Counted from the stretch's first letter, positions 10,601 to 20,600 are shown. The stretch is DNA of 64,000 nt from Vicinamibacteria bacterium (GCA_963668695.2 CAXXLQ010000004.1:1216001-1280000); one strand, 5' to 3'. Notes: generated by a model from the letters alone, not told the origin. Translations and numbers: made by a program.

Positions 10601-11553
10601 TGCGGCTTCAGCTCACCGATGCCCGGCTCCGGTATCCGGCCGACTTCAGCGCTACCGTGGATGCGGATCTGAGGATCCTGGGCGACCGGGGGGGACGTCT
10701 GCTCTCCGGCGAGGTCCGGCTCGACGAGGCGGTCTGGAGCCGTGAGTACGAGCTGTCGGCGGACATCTTGTCGGATTCAAGCAGCATCACCGTTTCCGAC
10801 GGTACCGATGCTGGCGGATTCCTGGGCGATCTGTTGATGGATGTGCGGGTGGAGACCGATTCTCCCTTCGCGGTGCGGAACTCGATCTTCAACCTCGATG
10901 CCAACGCCGCTTTCGGTATCCAGGGCTCCGCCGCGTCGCCCGCCGTCGTGGGACGCGCGGACCTGGTGGAGGGCGAGTTGTATGTCGGCGCCAACCGTTT
11001 CGAAATCGTCTCCGGGCGCGCCGAGTTCATCGATCCCAGAAGCATCGAACCGGTGTTCGACCTGGTTGCGGAAGCGAATATCAGGAACTACCGCGTGCGC
11101 CTTACCGCTTCGGGAACCGTGGACGAGATCGACGCGAACCTGAGCTCCGAACCTCCGCTGCGGCAGACGGACATCCTCCAGCTTCTCTCCGGCGTCCCGG
11201 AGCAGAACCTCCTGAGAGCCGGCAATGACGACCCGGTTGCCGCGGTCTCCGCTACGAATCTGCTGAGCCAGCAATTCAGCGGGATGATCGGCCGCCGGGC
11301 GGGCCGGGTGTTCGGAATCGACCGCGTGACAATCGACCCCTTCATGATCGGTCGTTTCAGCAATCCGACGGCGAGGGTGACCCTCAGCAAGCAAGTGACC
11401 CCAGAGCTGAATGTCCGGTATTCCTCGAGTCTTACTGACGCGGATGAGGCAGTCATCGTCGTCGAGTACACGCGCCGTCGCGTCACGTGGATCCTCTCGC
11501 GGGACGAAGACGGCTCGTTGGGCGTGGACTTTCGCTTCCGCCGCACGTACTGA
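7654..11553 (+). CDS. tamB: Translocation/assembly module TamB (AsmA-like) protein
   Basis: 1299 aa with N-terminal TM anchor, long Gly-rich beta-taco-like region and C-terminal LSSEPPL...DILQLL DUF490-like region. Confidence 0.85.
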   Translation: MTANAPARRFRYTRLVGIGCLLLLVAFAGIVRVAGRIDQERLLAAISGRLSEALGRPVAVGGVRISLPEGEFVLRGLHLGREPTDVGPAPPAISIDEIRGNLGLWSLALARLHFESLAVEGLSYRARYDGSQPRSDSGSRGSGFETLAGRLSFSSERFSVSGTTISYRNLLTPWEVRADQVAFDFRVTEEGGVDGEVRSELGVIRLQELSGVPTALAMEFRIRGNRLHLDRLALQTDLLAVNLNGSLDLSNNMAGTLRVVGSADAGGLSRFLLDFEGMDTRGSPPLRFDGTAGLREDGLVVDGELNLPGGRLYGVPLRDWKGRVHWGPERLEVLSSAGIVAGGAATLRALQVNPAGENPAEIALTVRDASLALVVEGLFGTPTTLRSRVTLDADLRIPFVDPLLMTGTIDATGERPEARSGELPFGLEAELAMDEETITVKRFVAEGAAFRSTIEGRYSRAGDADFVVSSVAGEAAEVDAVQQEFRRVVFGEDPETTFWDVSGVGGFEGTVQGRWPALVIEGEVEGQSMRFSTIHAETLTATARIDPDTIRIESLSARAGAGRLSASGFFDRGPGEYPDMEFEAEWDLWDVREIVDFLEWDLAWDGVVSGRSTTVRRSGRSSGSGNVVSSGGMLLEQPFDELSIAWSLDGESVRLAPLTAAFRGGSVEGALDLDLVGGTMEGSLTGRDYPLTPGLGPEWISLRSDFRVDIGGDLLVPELLVQGSFPAGTVADLPLGPGVLEASLRGERFEASGTLDSGAASFEITGTVDAETAGTATLREFDVASLLVDAPDERGISIVVSGAGDFRIEDPLDEWMTGEATLDSLKISAPDFVAESGGPTHIRMEDGAVQVEGFRLLHAEGELRAGGSIDLDEERLDLTLLGKGSLRAAELFVPGLSADGGFQLEAAVAGPSAEPEVFGTATIRDGSFRMDGFPHGLTEVDGSVTFDQRTLRIDEVKGRVASGEVVVSGSVLIADTELGPSDLRLQLTDARLRYPADFSATVDADLRILGDRGGRLLSGEVRLDEAVWSREYELSADILSDSSSITVSDGTDAGGFLGDLLMDVRVETDSPFAVRNSIFNLDANAAFGIQGSAASPAVVGRADLVEGELYVGANRFEIVSGRAEFIDPRSIEPVFDLVAEANIRNYRVRLTASGTVDEIDANLSSEPPLRQTDILQLLSGVPEQNLLRAGNDDPVAAVSATNLLSQQFSGMIGRRAGRVFGIDRVTIDPFMIGRFSNPTARVTLSKQVTPELNVRYSSSLTDADEAVIVVEYTRRRVTWILSRDEDGSLGVDFRFRRTY

Positions 11554-11761
11554 CCGGCGGACAGTTGTGCGCGTGGCGCGCCGGCGATGGAGGCCCTCGT
11601 TCCTCGGAAGGCGCCCGCACTCTGGGGAGTTGACTTCGTCGCCGTAGGACAGTGCTGTCTCGCGCAGGTCAGGGAACACCGACCTCCCGTTGGCGTCGGC
11701 CGAAACGGGGAGACGCCTCGTTCGTTCCGAGTTGTCCACAGCGCCTTTGCAGAGGTGAGAA

Positions 11762-11841
11762 GAAACCGGTCGGGATTCCGTCTATGTGTCTAGGGGAAGG
11801 CCTCGCGCCTTCCGCCGGTCGCATCTCAGGAGGAGATTTCC
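11762..11841 (+). promoter_or_regulatory. Conserved upstream leader (GAAAC-N12-CGTCTA, GGAAGGC/GCCTTCC hairpin, GGAGGAG RBS)
   Basis: Same layout upstream of the paralog at 41073-41555 on the minus strand. Confidence 0.55.
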
Positions 11842-12345
11842 ATGCCGCATGCCGACGCCGACCGGGCCAGGAGCAACCCCGCATCGTCCCGGAAGGCTGC
11901 CTCGACGCTCGAATCATCAGAACCCTCCACCCCGGTGCCGGACCACGTCCCGTCTAAACCCCGGGAAAAGGGCGCATTCTTCCGGGCGTTTGTCGAGGCC
12001 GGGGTTGGCCCGATGGTCGCCTATACTGCGGAAGAACAGGTTCAGTCCATGGTTTCGCAAGGCGTGGCGGCGCAAGTGCAGCCGATCCTTGTGGAGATGC
12101 GGCAACTCTTCGTCGAACGCGACCGGAAGCTGGACACACTGACCGAGATCGTTGTCCGCCAGGGGCACAAACTCGACGAACACGACCGGAAACTGGACGC
12201 GCTCGTCGCGGACGTTCAGGGCGTGAAAGACGTTGTTGGTGTCAGGTTTGACGCGTTGAAGAGGGAGCTGCGCCTGATCTGGGGCGCCCTCGGCGTTTTG
12301 CTCACGGTGCTGACCGTGGTTTTCAGCCTCCTCTTCGGCGGCTGA
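11842..12345 (+). CDS. Coiled-coil protein with C-terminal TM anchor (DUF1640/CCDC90-like), paralog 1
   Basis: KP.E.GA.FRA.V..GV....AYT.E shared with 41073-41555; repeated E.DRKLD heptads; C-terminal hydrophobic helix. Confidence 0.75.
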   Translation: MPHADADRARSNPASSRKAASTLESSEPSTPVPDHVPSKPREKGAFFRAFVEAGVGPMVAYTAEEQVQSMVSQGVAAQVQPILVEMRQLFVERDRKLDTLTEIVVRQGHKLDEHDRKLDALVADVQGVKDVVGVRFDALKRELRLIWGALGVLLTVLTVVFSLLFGG

Positions 12346-12428
12346 GCCGCCCCAGGAGCCTGTCGTCGGCTCGCCGCCGCGCGGGGTCCGCGTGGGCGGC
12401 GCCAGCCGGCCGGGTTCCCCTTGCCTAA

Positions 12429-12607
12429 CAGCCTGTGGTGAAACCCACGCGGCGTTCGAGCGGCGATCCATCCCGCCTGAACCGCGCCGCTTTGCGGCGC
12501 TCGGCGTTGCGTTTCGGTCGAAATACACTCGGTATTCCTCCCTCACGCGCCTTGTCAGCCGGGCGCCTCACCGCTCTCGGCGCTCACCCGGGTTCCACCA
12601 CAGGCTG
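12429..12607. mobile_element. Intact 179-bp family-A MITE with no 18-bp insertions
   Basis: TIRs CAGCCTGTGGTGAAACCC / GGGTTCCACCACAGGCTG, flanked by CTAA and CTAG; the CTAG contains the stop codon of the convergent gene. Confidence 0.85.
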
Positions 12608-13888
12608 CTAGAACCGCCGGCGCCGGAACCGGTTGTTCACCACGTTGTTGAAGATGGACCCGAACCGGAACTGGAACCCGACCTCCAACCGGTAGTCGAA
12701 GTCGGTGGCTCGCTGCTGGAGATCCAGCAGGGCCTCCTCGTCGGTCGCCTCCTCGGCGGCCAGGTAGATCTGGTCGTTCACCTGCGACACGTTGCCGGAG
12801 ACCTCGAGTTCAAGACCTCGAAAGACCCGGAAGGAGAGGTATCCGCCCAGGGACACCAGGCGCTGTTTGAAATCGTGCAGGAAGTGCGAACCCCGCACGT
12901 TGACCGAGGCGTTGCCCCAGGGCTGGCGCTGGGTGAGGCGGACTGCCATCGCCTGCTCCCAGCGCATTTCTTCGGTTTCCCCGTAGATGGTGCGCTCCGC
13001 ATAGTCGCGATAGGCCGGGCCGATCGTGTAGTAGAAAGTGAAGCTGCGCCGGGTCGCCTCGTCGTAAGGAAAGACGCTGTACTCCAACGCCGGCGACAAC
13101 TCGATGCGGAAGTTCTGGTTGTAGGTCAGGTTGCGGCTGGCGTTCGTGTCGATCCCGGCCGACCAGTGTTCGAGGAGGGCGTACACGATCCGGGTGTCGA
13201 AGCTCCAGCCGGTGCGTGTGTCCCGGAAGGTCCCCTCGGAAAGGTCGATCGCGAAATGGTCGGTCTCGATATCTCCGGAAAATCGAATGCGCCAATCGGG
13301 CGTCACCCGCGAAGCGGAGAATCCGCCTTCCAGGCTCGTGCGCCGGCTTGTCGTCTCGCCGTCGATCCCCACCTCCCCGTCGAGCCGGAACACCCAGAGG
13401 TTCCACGGATCCTCCACCTCGTCCCGGGACACCACCCCGCGCGCCACCGCCGCCTCTTCCCGGTCCGTCGGGCTGATGACGACGATCCCGCGGTATCCGG
13501 CCTCGTCGGCGAACATCGCGAGCCCGAGCCCCAGGGTGTGGACGATCCCGTCGAGCGTCTCCCGGTCGGTGTCCGTCGGAGGCGACCGGTAGCTGTGCTG
13601 GTCGCTGTAGCTTTCTTGCTCGTCGACGCCCATGAAGTCGAAGAGGTATTCCCGCCCGCCGGCGCCCGTGGTCTGGCTGGTCATGATCAGGTGGACGTTG
13701 GCGTCCTCCTTGTCGTTGACCCAGTTCACCCAGGTGATCTCGGTGCGGTAGTAGCGCGAGTCGCACCGGGGCCCGGAGCAGTCGAAGAACACATTGGGCC
13801 GCCCGTTCTGGCCGAGGGAGAGTTGCGCCAAGCCGACAACCAGGCCGCCTGCAACGAGCAGTGCACGGCGAAGACGGCGGAATGTCAT
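12608..13888 (-). CDS. Putative outer membrane beta-barrel protein
   Basis: Signal peptide from MTFRR; FFDC..PRC N-domain; DPWNLWVF; alternating beta strands; C-terminal FGSIFNNVVNNRF. Confidence 0.75.
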   Translation of the reverse strand: MTFRRLRRALLVAGGLVVGLAQLSLGQNGRPNVFFDCSGPRCDSRYYRTEITWVNWVNDKEDANVHLIMTSQTTGAGGREYLFDFMGVDEQESYSDQHSYRSPPTDTDRETLDGIVHTLGLGLAMFADEAGYRGIVVISPTDREEAAVARGVVSRDEVEDPWNLWVFRLDGEVGIDGETTSRRTSLEGGFSASRVTPDWRIRFSGDIETDHFAIDLSEGTFRDTRTGWSFDTRIVYALLEHWSAGIDTNASRNLTYNQNFRIELSPALEYSVFPYDEATRRSFTFYYTIGPAYRDYAERTIYGETEEMRWEQAMAVRLTQRQPWGNASVNVRGSHFLHDFKQRLVSLGGYLSFRVFRGLELEVSGNVSQVNDQIYLAAEEATDEEALLDLQQRATDFDYRLEVGFQFRFGSIFNNVVNNRFRRRRF

Positions 13889-14112
13889 GCGAGCGTCAGC
13901 AACAGTTGCGAAAGGGGGATGGAGGTGAAGGTCCTCGCGCCGGGAGGCGCCCTCAGGCAGCCGCTGCACCGTTGCGGATCCACGCGAACCCGGTGTCATC
14001 AACGAAGGAAGCGAACCTCAGGTTCCGGGACGCGGACTCTGCGCCAAGCGCGGTCCGCTGTCAATGCCGGAATTCTACCGGCCGAAGGTGCTCGACCGGA
14101 CTCGGGCTTACT

Positions 14113-14240
14113 TCACTCCTTGGCCGCTTCGGCCCGCCGGTTTGCGATGAAGGAATCCACGCCGCCTGGCTCGCCGTCCCCGCGTTTCCGGGCAAGCAAC
14201 TGGGCTTCTGCGACGGCCGCCTCGAGGGGGTCTTCGGCGC
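14113..14240 (-). pseudogene. Possible C-terminal remnant of an AbrB/VapB-type antitoxin
   Basis: AVAEAQLLARKR....GVDSFIANRRAEAAKE-stop resembles the conserved C-terminus of AbrB-type antitoxins; no N-terminal domain or clear start. Confidence 0.35.
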
Positions 14241-14293
14241 TTGGACGTCCCGGGTTCGAGCGTTCTCCGTTTCGCCCGCCTCCGGCGTGCGGT

Positions 14294-14317
14294 GCCGGTC
14301 TGAAGACCGGCGGTCCC
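14294..14317. repeat. REP-like palindrome, family B
   Basis: GCCGGTCTGAAGACCGGCGGTCCC is the reverse complement of the copies at 31221 and 38631. Confidence 0.75.
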
Positions 14318-14330
14318 GGGCGCGGCACCG

Positions 14331-15083
14331 TCAGGCGAGGGGCTCGAAATCCTCGCTGCTCATCGGTTCGTGCTTGTCCCACTGGCTCCGCATCTCGATG
14401 AGCACACGCTGCGAGGAAAGATGGGGCGCCGGGTTTAGTCGCACAACTCGCGCCCGGTAATCGCCGGGCGACTCCTCCATCGCCTTCGTCAGGTCGTACG
14501 CGAGGTAATCCGGGGCCCATCCGATCATGAAGTAATCCTTAGTTTGGATTTGTACCGCTGGTCGCCCGGTCGGATTCGTCAGCTCTAGAGCGATATGGAG
14601 TTGCTCGTCCGGATCGAGTGCATTGATCTTCTTCTGGGCCGCCGCGTTTGTGTGGCGAAAACCGTGAAGAAAAAAGCGACACACGAAGGTTCCGTCTTGG
14701 TTCTTGACGAGCCTCGGAAACACCTCGAAAAAGTCGGTCGCCCGGCGCCCACCGTCCACCCGGAGGATCTCGGTCGGATCTACCGTGGGGTTGAGATCCA
14801 GTCCCCTCAGGTAGTCCTCGAAGTCAGGCCGGCGCGGGGACATCACCCGGTTTTGGAAGACAGGGAACAGTTCACGTGACTCGTAGGTGCCGTGCAGTGC
14901 GGGAAACCCCGGCACGAGATCGAATCCGCCCGTCTCCCGGGCTCGCTCCGCTCCCTTTAGGTGGCAGAATCGGTACCTTGGCTCGGCCAAATCGGCATCA
15001 AGGCGGCCGACAGGGAACCATTGGCGGGTCTTGGCGCGATCCTGCCACCCCACGTAGAGCGTTCGTTCGTTCACTTCAGGCAT
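14331..15083 (-). CDS. HIRAN-like domain protein, partner of a HipA-like kinase
   Basis: LYVGWQD...R.W.PVGRL, LFPVFQNRVMSPRRPDF, GGRRATD.FE, FFLHG.RH, E.TN, IGW.P.YL. Confidence 0.75.
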   Translation of the reverse strand: MPEVNERTLYVGWQDRAKTRQWFPVGRLDADLAEPRYRFCHLKGAERARETGGFDLVPGFPALHGTYESRELFPVFQNRVMSPRRPDFEDYLRGLDLNPTVDPTEILRVDGGRRATDFFEVFPRLVKNQDGTFVCRFFLHGFRHTNAAAQKKINALDPDEQLHIALELTNPTGRPAVQIQTKDYFMIGWAPDYLAYDLTKAMEESPGDYRARVVRLNPAPHLSSQRVLIEMRSQWDKHEPMSSEDFEPLA

Positions 15084-15974
15084 TGCTCTAACTGTGTCGC
15101 ATTGTAGTCCAGCAGCGTCACCGTGAAGTCCTTGGCGGTGGGCGACATCCAGTCATCAGGGATTCGCCGAACAACCTCTCCGAATTCTGGGCGACGGTCA
15201 GGGACTCGGGCGAGCACCTGCCGAAACAGGTGGGGGTGTTCCTTTGTCGCTAGGCGCACCAAGTTGAGCGGGCTCGGGCCGTATTGATCGGAACCGGCCC
15301 AGAAGACGCGGCCCCGCGCTTTTTTCGCGTATTGGCCTACGGCCCGTTCTCGCAGTCGCCGCACCCTCACTTCGTCGCTTATCTCTCGGCCGAGGGAGGA
15401 TGCGTGATCGAAAGTCGGTGCGAGGAACCTGTGCACTCCTTTTGGCGTCCGCTTGATTAAGAGCCCCCAATTCTGATGATGGCGATCCGTGTTTCCTATC
15501 AGTGCGTCCAGAACGAGATAGCCGGCGAATTGTCGCTTGGCGATTTCCGCTGCCGGCCTGTTTCGAAACGCGGCCTCGAGGACACGGAAGACATTGCCTA
15601 GAGAGTGATCCGACTCCGTGGAATTTGTGGATGTCGTATTCCATGATCTTGGCGAGTAGCTCGTTGCCGTGGAAGAGAACTCGCCCCCCGCGAGCGAATG
15701 ACTTGGAGATTGAGCCACGCGTTCCTTCGGCTGTCGCGAGCTCAACGACTGCATGGGAAATGCCGAGACAACCAGCTACTTCTGCGGCGATCTTCTCAGC
15801 CCAGTGCTCTCCGCTGCCGGGCCGCGGGTACTTGAAGAGCCACAGAACCCCGTCCTCCGTTGGCCGGCACCAAAACTTGCGTTTGGTCCCCATCGCCTCT
15901 TTCTGAGTTGGCCACGCCGCTTCCACCTCGATGAGTCTGTAGAGATCGGGGGCGCCGCGGGCCATGCTGCTCAT
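15071..15974 (-). pseudogene. HipA/CtkA-like kinase split by a one-base frameshift near 15616
   Basis: N-lobe (GTKRKFW, LFKYPR, GEHWAEKIA) lies in one frame and C-lobe (DALIGNTDRHHQNWG, LAPTFDHASSLG) in another. Removing one base of the CC at 15616-15617 gives continuous KFH-ESDHSLGN. Confidence 0.8.
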
Positions 15975-17605
15975 CGCTCCGCGTAGCCCGGACCCCTGAG
16001 CACCCGTCCCGGCAGTTCGCCGGTCGGCTCTCCCTCGGCGATCACGGCGACACCGTTCACGAAGACCCAGGGAATGCCGGTCGGGTAGCGCTCCGGGTCC
16101 TCGAAGGTGGCTTCGTCCTGCACCGTGTCCGGATCGAAGAGCACCATGTCGGCTCGCATTCCGGGGCGCAGCAGGCCCCGGTCCGAGAGCCCGAGACGGT
16201 TTGCCGGCCCCGAGCTCATCTTGCGGATGGCCTCCTCGAGCGAGAGTAGCCCCTCCTCGCGCACGTACTTCGCGAGCACCCGGGGATGGGTGCCGAAGGA
16301 CCGGGGGTGCGGCTTTCCCATGGGCGTCCGCATTCCGGCGGCCAGCGCGCTCCCGTCCGAGCCGATGTGGGTGAACGGCTGCGAAAGCGCCTGGATCAGG
16401 TTCGGTTCCGCGTTCCCGAAGGAGATCTGGAACCCCTCCCCCTCCTGCTCGATCAGGAGGTCGAGAAGGGCTTCCTCCGGCGTGGCGCCGCGCGCCTCCC
16501 CGAGATCCAGGATCGAGAGACCGTCGACTTCGTCGCGGAACGAGCTAACGAACGTCCTCCCCCAGCGGGACCGCTCGGCCTCGGACTCCCGCAACTCCGC
16601 GAGGAGGCGGCCCCGGTCGGCTTCGTCGGTCAGCCGCTCGAGCATCCGGCCCACCCCTCCTTCCTGAACCCAGCGCGGCAGCAGCGACCGCAGGTAGGTC
16701 CACCCCGCGATGTACGGATAGACGTTCCCGGTCACGTCCACTCCCGAGGCGCGGGCCTCGGCGATCATCGCCGCGTATTCCGGGATCTGGGCTCCCGAAG
16801 TGGAGTTCAGGTGGTGGATCTCGAGCCCTGTCCCCGCCTCGCGGGCGATGGTGATTCCTTCGGCCAGTCCTTCGAGCCCGCCCCGCAGGTGGCTCACGTA
16901 GATGCCCCCGTAGCCGGCGGCCACCCGCGTGAGCCGGATGAGTTCCTCGGTGCTCGCGAAGGCGTTCGGGATGTAGGCCAGACCGCTCGCGAGCGCGAAC
17001 GCACCCTCCTCCATTGCCTGTGCCACGAGTGCCTCCATCGCCTGCAGCTCCTCTTCGGTCGCCACGCGCTCCTGGTAGCCGATCACCGAGGCGCGCACTT
17101 GCCCCGAGCCCACGTAGGAGACGACGTTCGGACCCACCCCGGCGAACTCCAACCGGTCCAGGTACCCGCCCAGCGTGGTCCAGTCCCGCTCGATGGGCGG
17201 TGCGACCATCATCGGGTCGTCCACCGCGGGGCCCATCACCGGCCCCGCGGAGAGATGCTCCCCGAGGACCTCGGTGGTGACTCCCTGAGCGGTCTTGCTC
17301 AGCGCCCGGGGATCCACCAGCAGCCCGTATTCCGAGTGGGCGTGCATGTCGATGAACCCGGGGGCCACCACCAGTCCGTCGGCATCGATCACCCGGGCGG
17401 CCGGCGGCTCTTCCGGCCCGACGCTCACGATCGTGTCGCCGGCGACGGCGAGGTTCGCGCGGAACCAGGGGCTGCCGGTGCCGTCAACGATCCGCGCTCC
17501 GCGGATCAACAGGTCGACGGGTGGTGGCGCCCCGTTCGGAGTTGGGCCGCAACCGGCTAGCAACACCGTCACGAGTGCGGCCGAAATCCATCGAATTCGT
17601 CTCAT
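15971..17605 (-). CDS. N-acyl-D-amino acid deacylase (D-aminoacylase) family amidohydrolase, lipoprotein
   Basis: LLAGC lipobox; PGFIDMHAHS; SHLR; IGSDG; PHPRSFGTHPRVL. Confidence 0.9.
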   Translation of the reverse strand: MRRIRWISAALVTVLLAGCGPTPNGAPPPVDLLIRGARIVDGTGSPWFRANLAVAGDTIVSVGPEEPPAARVIDADGLVVAPGFIDMHAHSEYGLLVDPRALSKTAQGVTTEVLGEHLSAGPVMGPAVDDPMMVAPPIERDWTTLGGYLDRLEFAGVGPNVVSYVGSGQVRASVIGYQERVATEEELQAMEALVAQAMEEGAFALASGLAYIPNAFASTEELIRLTRVAAGYGGIYVSHLRGGLEGLAEGITIAREAGTGLEIHHLNSTSGAQIPEYAAMIAEARASGVDVTGNVYPYIAGWTYLRSLLPRWVQEGGVGRMLERLTDEADRGRLLAELRESEAERSRWGRTFVSSFRDEVDGLSILDLGEARGATPEEALLDLLIEQEGEGFQISFGNAEPNLIQALSQPFTHIGSDGSALAAGMRTPMGKPHPRSFGTHPRVLAKYVREEGLLSLEEAIRKMSSGPANRLGLSDRGLLRPGMRADMVLFDPDTVQDEATFEDPERYPTGIPWVFVNGVAVIAEGEPTGELPGRVLRGPGYAER

Positions 17606-17672
17606 CTGCTTGTCTCCTCGGGCGTTCCGCCGCCTTCCCAAGAGGCTACCGTGTCAAACGTAGAATTGCTCT

Positions 17673-20600
17673 GTGGGTCTCGTGGATGGGCAAAAACGGC
17701 AGGCGCTCCGGCGCCGGGTCCGCCCTTTAGCGCGCTTTCTCCTGGCCGCGGCCCTCGGCTGCCTCCACGCCCCGAACCTCGCCGCCCAGGCCGGGACCAC
17801 CACCGGCGTCATCCGCGGAGAGGTCAGCGACCCGCTCGGCAACCCGGTGCCGGGCGCGGCCATCGTGATCCAGCACCGGGGCACCGATCTCGTCACCACC
17901 GTCGAAACATCGCGCCAAGGAAAGTTCGTCCGCAACCTGCTGCCTCCCGGGACCTACGACCTGACCGTCACCGCCGCCGGCGGGTTCGGGACCGAGCGCA
18001 TCGAGGGCGCGATCCTGCGGGTGGGGGAGGTGCTCCACTTCCACCTCGATCTCCACATCGTGGCCGCCGAAACGGTCACGGTCTTCGGCGAGCTGCCTTC
18101 GCCGATCGAGACCACGGATTTCACCCGCTCCCAGCGTCTCCGGGAAGACGTCGTGGATGCGGTGCCGAGCAACGGCCGCAACTTCGTGGACCTGACGCTG
18201 CTCACCCCGGGGGCGTCCATCTCCCAGGGACCGGACGGCGACGAACTGAACATCAACGGCCAGCGCGGCATCTTCAACAACTTCATCGTGGACGGCGCCG
18301 ACTTCAACAACCCCTTCTTCGGGGAACAGCGCGGCGGACAGCGTCCCGCGTTCACCTTCAACCAGGACGCCATCGGCGAGCTGGTGATCGTGAACCAGGG
18401 AGCCCCCGCGGAGTTCGGCCGGTCGGCCGGTGGTTTCATCAACGTCATCACCAAATCGGGCACCAACGATTTCTCCGGCTCGGGCCACTACTTCGGCCAG
18501 TGGGACGAGATTGCGGCGGAGTACTCCGCAGATAGAGGAGGCGGGAAACCGGATTTCGGACGGAGCCAGTTCGGCGCGACCGTGGGAGGCCCCCTCGCGC
18601 GCGACCGGGCGTTCTTCTTCCTGGCCTACGACCAGCAGGCGGCCGTCGAAACGAAGCAGACGACCCGGCGGGTCGCGAATGCGGCGAACCTGGAGCGGCT
18701 CGACGCCTTCCTGAGAACGCGCTGGCCCGGCCTGTTCGACGACGAATTCGGGCCCATCCGCCGCACCGACGACGCCCGGTCCCTTCTCGCCAAGCTGGAC
18801 TTCAACCTGAGCGGCCGGCACCAGGCGTCGCTCAAATACAACTACACCTGGTCGGAACAGGTGAACGGCACCTTTGACGTGGACTCCTGGGGGGCGTCCG
18901 CCAACGGCATCGAGGGAGACCGCTCCCACGCCGTGAACGGGAGTCTCCGCTCGCTGCTCACGAACGCGCTCGCGAACGAGCTGCGGATCCAGTGGGCGCG
19001 GGAGGACCGGCCCCGCTGGTACGACGGCCCGCTCGTTCCCGGGGCCAATCATCCCGGCCAGCCCCAATTCGACCGGCTCGGCGGACGTCCCTTCCCCGAC
19101 ATCGCCATGGATTTCACGGACGGCTTCCGGATCGGACTGCCCTTCTTCCTTCCGATCGATCCGTCCTTCGACGACCGGCTCCAGGTCGTGGACAACCTGT
19201 CCTACGCCACCGGCTCCCATCTCTTCAAGGCCGGACTCGAATACAACCGGACCCGGGTGGAACAGCAGTTCATCGGCATGGCGAACAGCCGCTACATCTT
19301 CGACTCGGTGGATGGTTTCGTCGGCTTCGTCACGCACGGCAGCGGCTACCTGCACTGCTCCGACGGGTCGGCCGGCGCCACCGGGGTCTGTCCCGAGGGC
19401 AGCGCGATCACCGGCCCGGTGCTCCTCTACCTGCAGTCGGCGACCGTTCCGGGCATTCCCACCGACCAGCTTGGACGACAGGAGGCCCGGATGCACGAGT
19501 TGGGAGCCTTTCTCCAGGACACCTGGCATCCGCACGACCACCTGACCCTCGACATCGGGCTCCGCTGGGACGGCACCTGGCACCCGGACGTCTTCGTCGA
19601 GCCGGCCGAGACCTTCTTCGCACCCTATCTCGACGACCCGGCGTTCCCCTCCGACGGCCGGATCCCCGACGATCTCGACAACCTGCAGCCACGCCTCGGT
19701 TTCGCCTGGGACCTCGCCGGCGACGGGCGCACCGTGGCGCGCGCCGCCGCCGGTTCCTATGTTTCCCGGATCCCGATGCTGGTCTTCGCCCAGCACCGCT
19801 CCACGAACGGCGCCTTCCAACAGACCCTCTTCCGCAGCAGCGCCGACACGTTCCTCGGCCCGGTGCCGGAGATCGACCGCCAGCTCGACGCCTCGACCAC
19901 GCCGCCCTTCCTGCCGGACATCCAGGTCGCCGACCGCCACCTCGAACTTCCGCGTACCTGGTCGTTCAGCCTCGGGTTGGACCGGGATCTGGGGCGGGGG
20001 ATGGCGGCGAGCGCCACCTTCGTGTACGTGCGGACCGACCAGCTCTTCCGGTTCGTGAACCGCAACGACCCCGCTTTCGACTCCCCGTTCGGCGTCGGCA
20101 CCCACCCTTCCGGCGGAGGAATCAACGCCCTCACCGTCGCGGAAAGCAGCGCCCGTTCGCGGTACCAGGCGCTGACCCTCGGGATTCGCGGCTGGAGTTC
20201 GCTCGGGAACCGTCCCCTCACCTTCGAAACCCACTACACCCTCGCCTTCGATCGCTCGGACGACGACAACGAGCGGGACCCGTTCACTTTCCGCTACGCG
20301 AATGCCTCGAATCTCGCTCCCGAATTCGGCTGGTCGGACCGCGACCGCCGCCACCAGGTGAGCGGCTACCTGCTCGTCACCCTCCCGGGCGACGTGAAGT
20401 GGAGCAACGTGTTCCGTTACCAGACGGCCTCGCCGGCCTCCGAGGCGTGCGCCCACCGGGGCGAGCGGGCGAACCAGCCGTCGGACCGCATCTGCGCCGA
20501 CGGGTCCATCCTCACCCGCAACACCCTGCGCCGCGAAAACGAGTTCGTCACCTGGGACCTCAGGATCTCAAGAAGCTTCACGCTCCCGAACGGCCTGGCC

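Noticed and set aside
12392-14401. 669-aa plus-strand ORF
   Set aside because: Made of MITE sequence plus the antisense of the outer membrane protein gene.
17727-20456. 909-aa minus-strand ORF
   Set aside because: Antisense shadow of the TonB-dependent receptor.
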